Assembly (NCBI GenBank): GCA_050740195.1
Contig: JBOICR010000189.1
Location: forward strand, 1 to 47,079
DNA from: Nevskiaceae bacterium
Lineage (GTDB): Bacteria > Pseudomonadota > Gammaproteobacteria > Nevskiales > Nevskiaceae
Direction: 5' to 3'
Length of the DNA: 47,079 bases
Shown piece after piece: positions 7,848 through 15,300 of the stretch. The first letter of the stretch is position 1. Each line of letters opens with the position of its first letter. A program made the position numbers and the translations under genes. The notes under the pieces are model-generated. The model ran no database searches. It was not told the origin of the DNA and saw only the letters and a program-made list of their open reading frames with translations.

Positions 7848-8918
7848 CTATTCCTTCACCACGGCGACGAGGTCGCCTTCCTTGAGGAAGGACCCCGCCT
7901 TCGCCACGATGGGCGTGCCGCCCAGTGATTCCTTGACCACCGCGCTGCCGGCCGTACGCATGACGACGGTCACGGGCTTGCGCGCCGCCACGTTTTTAGG
8001 ACCGACCTGCCAGACGTACATGCCCTGCGCGTCCTGCTGCAGCGCCGTGCCCGGCACGACCCAGCCACCCACCTTGGCCACGGTGATGCTGGCCTCGCAG
8101 AAGGCGCCGACCGGCGCCGCGCGCTCGCGCTCGAAGCGGATGCGCACGCCGGTGGCTCGGCTGGTGATGTCGACCAGCGGCATGATCAGCCGCACGCTGC
8201 CGGACTCCGGCGCGCTTTCGCCGGCGACCTTCAGCGTGACCGGCATGGCAGGCTTCAGCCGCTGCACCAAGGCCTCGGGCACGCTGGCTTCCATTTCCAC
8301 CTTGCCGTCCTTCGCGATGCGGAACAGCGGCTCGCTGCCGTTGGTCAGTCCACCGATCGTCGCGGTACGTTCGTAGATGAGCCCGTCCGTCGGCGCGACG
8401 ATCTGCGTCCGGTTGATGTTGAGCTGGGCGTCGCGTAGCCGTGAGCGCGCAACCTCGAAGGCGGCCTGGCGCTGTTGCAGCGACTCCTTGCTGATCACGC
8501 CGGACAACTGCAGCTCCTTGAACCGGGCGTACTCGTCACGCGTGCGGCCGAAATGCGACTGCAAGCTCTGGCTCTGGATGCTCAGGCTCTCGCCGTCGAG
8601 CAGGGCGATCCGCTGTCCTTGCTTGACGTAGTCGCCGGTCTCCGCGTAGACGGCGCGCACCCGCAGGCCGGCGAGTTCCGATATCACCACCACGTTCTCG
8701 CGCGGCACTACGGTGCCGATGACACGGATGTTGTCATCTAGCGTTTTCTGCGCCGCCGCGACGACGCTCACGCTGAGCACCGGCAAGGCCTTGGCTGCCT
8801 GCACCGAGGGCTTGGAGACGCCGCTCACGCCGACCCATGCGCCCATCCCCAGGCCGACCACCACCAATATCATGCCTAACGTGACTGGTCGCTTGCTCAT
8901 AGGGTGCTCCTTGCTCAT
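7848..8918 (-). CDS. RND efflux periplasmic adaptor (membrane fusion protein)
   Basis: 356 aa with an N-terminal TM/signal anchor (VTLGMILVVVGLGMGAWVGV). It has lipoyl/hairpin/beta-barrel signatures: GTVVPRENVVVISELAGLRVRAVYAETGDYVKQGQRIALLD, a coiled-coil stretch, and INRTQIVAPTDGLIYERTATIGG. ATG 8918 overlaps the upstream stop (ATGA). Confidence 0.9.
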   Translation of the reverse strand: MSKEHPMSKRPVTLGMILVVVGLGMGAWVGVSGVSKPSVQAAKALPVLSVSVVAAAQKTLDDNIRVIGTVVPRENVVVISELAGLRVRAVYAETGDYVKQGQRIALLDGESLSIQSQSLQSHFGRTRDEYARFKELQLSGVISKESLQQRQAAFEVARSRLRDAQLNINRTQIVAPTDGLIYERTATIGGLTNGSEPLFRIAKDGKVEMEASVPEALVQRLKPAMPVTLKVAGESAPESGSVRLIMPLVDITSRATGVRIRFERERAAPVGAFCEASITVAKVGGWVVPGTALQQDAQGMYVWQVGPKNVAARKPVTVVMRTAGSAVVKESLGGTPIVAKAGSFLKEGDLVAVVKE

Positions 8919-11224
8919 AGAGTGCTCATCGTTGTGGGGACGTCGATCCGGTGCCGCGTGAGCGCCGAGCGCGCCCGTGAATAGGCCAAATCCTGCAATT
9001 CGGAAAACTTCGCGTCGTAGGCACGCACGATGCCGCGCGGCGACACGAAGTCCTGGCCCGCTTGTTTGTAGAAATACCGCAGCACCTCGAATTCGCTGTC
9101 GCTACCGGACGCCTCGCTCATCAGGTAGTCGATGAATTCGAGCGCCGCGCTCTCGTGCACGAAATTCCAGGTCACCGAGATCGAGTCCTCGACGACCAGA
9201 ACGTCGTGCAGCCAGCCGTGCGGGATGTAGATCACCTCGCCGGGACGCACGAAACCGTGGAAGTCCGGTGGCGCGGACAGCATCGTCGGTGTGGGGCGCA
9301 CGTCGACGAAGCCGCCGAACGAGGTGCCGTCCGCGCGCCGCGCGCATAGCTCGTCGGCGCGCTCGGGACGATAGAGCACGACTTCCTTCACGCCGCTGAG
9401 CTGGCACACCACCGCGTCGCTGCAGAATGGGTCGCGGTGCAGCCGCGTGCGTGCGCCGCGCGCCGACACCAGCACGCCGCGATAGGGAAAGGCGTCACGG
9501 ACCGCGTCTGCGATCGGCTTGGCCGGCACGAGCATGCCGCGCTTCGGCATGAACGACGGCATGCGCCAATGCGGGCTCAGGCGGCGGAACGCCTCGTCGC
9601 CCCAGGCGTGGTCCACGTCCTTGAGTTTGTTGTACCAGCGCACGTAGGGGACCTTGTCGCGGTACTCGCCCGGCACGCCGAAATGCTGGTCCAGGTACGC
9701 GGCGAGCGTGGAAACCTCTTGCAGTGCAAACAGCGTGTCGTACACCTGCACCGGCAGGTTGCCGAGGCGGGCGCGGAAATGCTTGGGCGTCCAGCGGTCG
9801 CGGTCGAACGCCAGGTCACGCACGACGACGGGCAGGTTCGTACTCAGGTAGTTCTCGACGAACTCCTTTTCGGTCAGCGCGTCCAGGACCTCCAACGGCT
9901 TGGTATGGCTATTCCCACCTGGAGCGCGCGCCGGCACCGGCAGTTTTTTATCCAGCGCGACCGCGCTGCCGAGGTGCAGCTCCACCGCTGCGGCGATGAC
10001 GGCGAGGCCACGCTCGAGCACTTCGCGCTCGATGGTCAGCGCGGGCATGATCTTCAGCACCTGCCCGCGCGCGCCGCAGCTTTCGATGACCAGGTTGTTC
10101 TCGAAGCACAGGGTTATAACCGCGGCCGTATCGTGCTCGGAATCGAACTCGATGCCCTGCATCAAGCCCAGGCCGCGCGTGCCGCGGATGCGCGCCGGGT
10201 GCCGGCGGGCGATGGCCTCGATGGCGTGCCGGATGACCGCCTCCTTCGCGCGGAGTTCGTCTTCCATCCTGGCGCCGCTCCAGTAGCGCTGAAGCACCTC
10301 GACGGCCGCCACGAAGGCGAGGTTGTTGCCGCGGAAGGTGCCGTTGTCCTCGCCCGGCGACCACATGTCGAGGTCAGGGCGGATCAGCAGCAGCGCCATC
10401 GGGAAGCCCATGCCGCCGATGGATTTCGACAGGCAGACCATGTCTGGCTCGATGCTCGCGCGTTCGAAACTGAAGAATCGGCCGCTGCGGCCGCAACCCG
10501 CTTGGATGTCGTCGACGACGAGCGGGATCTCAAATTCCCGCAGCAGCGCACGCAGGCTGCGCAGCCATTCGACGGAGGCGACGTTGAGCCCACCCTCGCC
10601 CTGAATCGTCTCCAGGATCACCGCCGCCGGCAGGTCGACGCCCGAACTCCCGTCCTCGAGCAGCTTGCGCAGCAGCGCCACCGTATCCACGCCCTCGCCC
10701 AGATAGCCGTCATACGGCAGCCGCGTGACGGCGCCGTAGGCGACCGCCTGCCTGTGATACCGGTTGGCCGTCAGGTTCAAGGACACGCCGGTCATGCCGT
10801 GGAAGGCGTTGGTGAACGCGATGACGTTCTGCCGGCCGGTGACCTTGCGCGCCAGCTTGATCGCCGACTCCACGACGCTGGTGCCCGTGGGACTGGTGAA
10901 CTGCAGCTTGTAGTTGAGGCCGCGCGGCAGCAGGATCAGCTTCTGGAACGCCTCGATGAAGTTCTTCTTCGCCCTCGAGTGCAGGTCCAGGCTCATCATG
11001 ATGCCGTCGGCGCCGATGTAATCCAGCACCGCGCGCTTGGCGACGTCGTTGTTGTGCCCGTAGTTCAGGGCGCCCGCGCCGCACAGGAAATCGATGTAGG
11101 CCTCGCCGTCGTCGTCGTAGAGATGACTGCCCTTGGCCCTGGAGAACAGCACCGGGAATCCCCGACAGTAGGAACGGGCTTCCGATTCGTGTCTTTCGAA
11201 GGTCGCGAGTTTGTTCGAGCTCAT
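8915..11224 (-). CDS. fusion protein: diaminobutyrate--2-oxoglutarate aminotransferase (EctB/PvdH/Dat-like) + JmjC/cupin Fe(II)/2OG-type oxygenase domain
   Basis: 769 aa, single frame. See the two domain entries below. Confidence 0.85.
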   Translation of the reverse strand: MSSNKLATFERHESEARSYCRGFPVLFSRAKGSHLYDDDGEAYIDFLCGAGALNYGHNNDVAKRAVLDYIGADGIMMSLDLHSRAKKNFIEAFQKLILLPRGLNYKLQFTSPTGTSVVESAIKLARKVTGRQNVIAFTNAFHGMTGVSLNLTANRYHRQAVAYGAVTRLPYDGYLGEGVDTVALLRKLLEDGSSGVDLPAAVILETIQGEGGLNVASVEWLRSLRALLREFEIPLVVDDIQAGCGRSGRFFSFERASIEPDMVCLSKSIGGMGFPMALLLIRPDLDMWSPGEDNGTFRGNNLAFVAAVEVLQRYWSGARMEDELRAKEAVIRHAIEAIARRHPARIRGTRGLGLMQGIEFDSEHDTAAVITLCFENNLVIESCGARGQVLKIMPALTIEREVLERGLAVIAAAVELHLGSAVALDKKLPVPARAPGGNSHTKPLEVLDALTEKEFVENYLSTNLPVVVRDLAFDRDRWTPKHFRARLGNLPVQVYDTLFALQEVSTLAAYLDQHFGVPGEYRDKVPYVRWYNKLKDVDHAWGDEAFRRLSPHWRMPSFMPKRGMLVPAKPIADAVRDAFPYRGVLVSARGARTRLHRDPFCSDAVVCQLSGVKEVVLYRPERADELCARRADGTSFGGFVDVRPTPTMLSAPPDFHGFVRPGEVIYIPHGWLHDVLVVEDSISVTWNFVHESAALEFIDYLMSEASGSDSEFEVLRYFYKQAGQDFVSPRGIVRAYDAKFSELQDLAYSRARSALTRHRIDVPTTMSTL
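9080..9898 (-). other. domain: JmjC / cupin-8-like oxygenase (aa ~443-715)
   Basis: The facial-triad candidates are TRLHRDPF (HxD) and IYIPHGWLHDV (distal His, compare the (Y/F)IPxGWWHxV consensus). It is preceded by the linker AVALDKKLPVPARAPGGNSHTKP. Confidence 0.7.
9965..11224 (-). other. domain: class-III PLP aminotransferase, DABA-transaminase type (aa 1-420)
   Basis: FERHESEARSYCRGFPVLF, LNYGHNN, FTSPTGTSVVESAIKLARKVTGR, ILETIQGEGGLN, VVDDIQAGCGRSGRFFSFE, PLP-Lys context CLSKSIGGMGFPMA, GEDNGTFRGNN. These are collinear with EctB/PvdH-type enzymes as I know them. Confidence 0.85.
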
Positions 11225-11273
11225 GGCTTGCCCTGTAATTGATGTCGGTTGTGTGAATACGCTGAGGCCGTGG

Positions 11274-12344
11274 TCACCACTTGAACCGCAGGCGCGCGAA
11301 TACGAGCGTGAACACGCACCACCCGCCGAGAACGACGATCTCGGCGTATAGCTTCGTGATGTTGTGGAATCCGACCGAGCCGAACAGCAACTCGCGCATC
11401 GCGGTGTTGAGCTGCGTCAGCGGCATCACGCGCGTGACGGTCTGCAGCCATTCGGGGAAGGCGCTCACCGAGAAGAACACGCCGCCGAGGAGGATGAGCG
11501 GCATCTGCACGAAGTTCACGATGCCGTTGAATGCAGTCACCGACGGACTGGCGGTGGCGAGTACCAGACCCAGGCCGAGGAAGGACACGCAGCCCAGCGT
11601 GATGACGACCAGCAGCAGCGGGTAGTTGATGTCGGCCGGTATGCCGAACGCCAGCACGCCGATCAGCATCAGCGCCATCGCGATGCTGTAGCACACCAGC
11701 AAGCGCGAGAAGAACAGGCCGGCCAGGAATGGCAGCGGCGAGGCGTCGATGGTCTTGATGTTCTTGAACAAGCCGTGATCGCGCTCCTCGATCAGCACGC
11801 CGCCGAAGCCGTTCAGGCCGACGATCAGCAAGGTCATGCCGATGAGTCCGGGCAGCAGCGTGACGAGATAAGAGGTGTAGCGGTTGGTCGGCAACTCGTG
11901 CAGCTGTGCCGGCGCCGCTTCGGCGGCGCGCAGCGACTCGTCGACGATCGCGCGAAGAGCCGTGTTCTCGACCTGGTTCTCGGCCAGCGAATTGGCGTAC
12001 AGCTCCCCCACGAAACCGCCCTTGGCCTCCGGCGCGGCGCGCAGCTCCAGGTAGTGCTTGACGTCGTTGTTCATCAGCGCCTGCTGCGCTGATACCTCGG
12101 GCTTGGCATACGGCACCAGCTGCACCAGGGCACGGCCTTGCAGGCGCTGCACGAAGGCTGCGCTGGCATCGGTCGTGGCCAGGTCGGCGTAGGCCACCGC
12201 GATCACCGGCTTGTCGCGCATCTGCATCGGATAGCCGACGCCCAGCAGTAGCAGCACCGGCAAGAAGTAGCAGAAGAACAGCGCCGTCTTGTCCGATTTC
12301 AGCTGCAGCATGCGCAGCTTCATGAATATCCAGCTCTTTTTCAC
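11274..12344 (-). CDS. ABC-2 type exporter permease
   Basis: 356 aa. TM1 (ALFFCYFLPVLLLLGVGY) is followed by a ~130-aa extracytoplasmic loop and then five further hydrophobic helices (..LVTLLPGLIGMTLLIVGLNGFGG.., ..FLAGLFFSRLLVCYSIAMALMLIGVLAF.., ..LLLVVITLGCVSFLGLGLVLA.., ..VNFVQMPLILLGGVFF.., ..IVVLGGWCVFTLVFA). GTG 12344 overlaps the NRPS stop (GTGA). ATG at 12323 is an alternative start. Confidence 0.85.
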   Translation of the reverse strand: MKKSWIFMKLRMLQLKSDKTALFFCYFLPVLLLLGVGYPMQMRDKPVIAVAYADLATTDASAAFVQRLQGRALVQLVPYAKPEVSAQQALMNNDVKHYLELRAAPEAKGGFVGELYANSLAENQVENTALRAIVDESLRAAEAAPAQLHELPTNRYTSYLVTLLPGLIGMTLLIVGLNGFGGVLIEERDHGLFKNIKTIDASPLPFLAGLFFSRLLVCYSIAMALMLIGVLAFGIPADINYPLLLVVITLGCVSFLGLGLVLATASPSVTAFNGIVNFVQMPLILLGGVFFSVSAFPEWLQTVTRVMPLTQLNTAMRELLFGSVGFHNITKLYAEIVVLGGWCVFTLVFARLRFKW

Positions 12345-15300
12345 AATGGCAGCTCCTTGCCCGTGTGCGACAGGAACACGTCTTCCAGCGTCGGGCGGTT
12401 GATGTCAAAGTTCACCACGTCGATGCACGCGGCATGGCTCAACGCGAGCACCTCGCGCAAGGTGTCGGTCACCCGCGGCGTGCGCAGGCGCAGGCAGTCG
12501 GTGCGCTCGTTCCAGTCAGCATCGGTGGCCTCCACGACGCCGTCGAGCATCTCCGGCCGGAACTGGCCGCGGCCGAACTGAAACTCGATCGAGTGGTGCG
12601 CGCCGAGATTCTTGGCCAACTGCAACGGATTGCCCTGCGCGATGACCCTGCCCCGGTCCATCAGCAAGATCTCGTCGCACAGCCGTTCGGCCTCCTCCAT
12701 GTAGTGCGTGGTGAGGATGACGGTCTTGCTAGGGTCCTGTTTCAGGTCCTCGATGAACTCCCAGGTCGAGATGCGGCTGTGCGGATCGAGCGCGGATGTC
12801 GGCTCGTCGAAGAAGATCACGTCCGGGTCCTCCAGCAGCGCGATGGCGATGGACAACCGCTGCTTCTGGCCGCCGGACAGCTCGTCCACCTTGAAGTCGA
12901 GCTTGTCCTTCAGGTCCAGCCGCTCCAGCAGCGAATCCGCCGACCGGCCGCGGCGCTTGCCGCCTACGGCGGCACGCAGTTCCTGGTAGAACTTGAGCAG
13001 CTGCGCCACCGTGAGGAACTGGAAGTAGTTGTTCTGCTGCAGTTGCACCCCAACGTGCGGTTGGATGCGGTGGATCTCGCTGGCCACGTCCATGCCGAGC
13101 AGGCGGATGGACCCGGACGTGATCGGAACGATCCCTTCGATCATGGCCAGCAGCGAGGTCTTGCCGGCGCCGTTGGGGCCGAGGATGCCGAAGCAGCAAC
13201 CCTGGCGCACCGAGAAGCTGACGCCCTTGACGGCTTCGAGATCTCCGTAGCGCTTGCGCACGTCGCGCACTTCCAGGGAGTAGACCGGGGCAGCGACTGA
13301 CAGCGGCGCAGCAGCGGCTCCCGCGGCATCTTCGTGCGCGACGTCGCCGGCCGGCAGCGGTGCGGTTGCGCCGACCTCGCTACCCGCCACGCTGCGCCTC
13401 ACCGCTTCGGAGTCGGCCGCATCGCCGCGGAAGGCGCAGTGCAGCTCCAAGCCCTCGGCGCCGACGGCAGCCTCGAACAGGATGCCGCGAAAGTCTTTCA
13501 GCTTGTCCATCAGGAATCCCCCGTCCGGCGCTGCGGACTGTTGCAGCGCGTCCGCCTGGAAATTGAAGAGCACCTCGCACTCGAGCGGCGGCAGCGTGCC
13601 GTCCCACTCGGAGCCTGCCGCTTGCGCCAAGCCGAGATAGTTGATGCCGAGTCTTTGCAGCAGCTGCGCTCTGGCCGCAAGTCGTTCCAAGGCGGTGTCT
13701 GCATCCACCGCAAAGGGCACCTTGTCCAGGAACAGGCCGACCTGGTCGAACCAGCGCTCGCCGCCCGACTCACGGCCATGGTGGTTGAGCAGCACGCCGT
13801 AGCGCGCGAGCCCGGTGAGCCGCTCGACGCAGCGTTTGAAGCATCGGAACGCCTGCTCCGCGGGCGTGCCGTCGGCGACGTCGAGCGGCAGGTGCAGCTG
13901 CAGGCTTTGCAGCGGGGCCTGGGCGCGGCGCAGCAGCGCATGCTGCGTGGTGTGCATCGTGGCGGCGAGATCGACGCGGGCTATGGCCGTGTTCAGCATC
14001 GCCGCGGCCTGCGCGTCCGGCAGCCGCCACACCGCATCGACATAGCTCCGGTAGTTGCGGCTGAGGCCGCCGGCGGTGCCGCGCAAGTGCTGCTGCAGGC
14101 GCTGCTGCAGCACCGCCGCCGACATGCCGTCCCAGACGAGATGGTCGACGGCCAGCAGCAGCCGGTGCTCGAGATCGCCCAGCGAAACCACCGCGGCGGC
14201 ATAGGCCAGCGGCGTGGTCTTTCTGGCGGCCAGAAGTTCGGCGCCCAGGCGTTTCAGCAGCTCACCGTGCCTCGCAGGATCGTGTGCGCTCAGGTCCACG
14301 GCCGGTATCGAGGCCGCCGCGATCGCGTCGGCCTCCAGCAAGCGCCACTGCGCCGGCGTGTCGTCGGGTGCCGCGCGCAACAGATCCTGCTCGGCGGCAA
14401 CGTCGGCAAACGCCTGTTGCAGCTCCGCCGCGGTGTACCAGCCTTGCAGCGCAACCATGTCGATCCTGTCACGGCTTTGCCAGGCCATCAGGTTGCGCTG
14501 GATCGGGCTGAAACGCAGGGAGGTCTCCACCGGCGCGTTCGCAAGCCGTTGCTGATGGACCTTCAGCTGCGCCCGCAACGCGTCGAACAACGCGGCCTCG
14601 GTCTGCACCGGCGCCAGCGCCGCAATGCCGGCCTCCCCAACCTGCTGCGACAGCGCGGCCAGATCATCGGCGTAGCGCACGAAGTGCGGACGCTGCTGCG
14701 GCTCCACCGTGGCGAGCAGCGTCTGCAGGGTCTTGCGCCGCGCGCTCTCGCTGCGATCGAGCAGCAGGGCGGTGCGCCGCGGGTTGCCGCCCAGCGTGAC
14801 GATCGCATGACGCCAGCCGTCGTCCAGCGGCCAGTCCGCTGCGCCATGCCGCTGCGCATCGATCGCCGCCGCGCAGGCGCTCACGGTGCGCAGCTGGTAT
14901 ACCTCGGTGACGCCGAGACTCATGCCCTGGTCCTTCCACCGGCTCAGCATGCGGATCAGCAACAGCGAGTTGCCGCCCAGATCGAAGTAGCTGTCGCCAC
15001 GACCGACCTGCGGCAGCTGCAGCAATTCCTGCCAGAGCGCGGCGATCGCGCGCTCGGTGTCGCTCTGCGGCGCCTCGTATTCAGCCCGTGCGAACGCGGC
15101 CGAGGTCGGCTCGGGCAAGGCCTTGCGGTCGACCTTGCCGTTGGCATTCAACGGCAAGGCGCCGAGCACGACGATCGCTGCCGGCATCATGTAGTCGGGC
15201 AGCTGCGCACGAAGGTGCGCCTGCAGCGCCTCGGCGCCGACGGGCGCCTCCAGCGTCACATAAGCGACGAGATGGTGATCGCCTGGAGCGCGCTCGCGTG

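Noticed and set aside
11221-12408. 395-aa minus-strand ORF overlapping the ABC-2 permease in another frame; also alternative-frame minus ORFs inside the NRPS/PKS (for example 16656-18056, 18093-19229, 20484-22115, 34014-35114, 36996-38285).
   Set aside because: Their composition is Arg/Ala/Gly-rich low complexity. The competing frames encode coherent TM helices or catalytic motifs.
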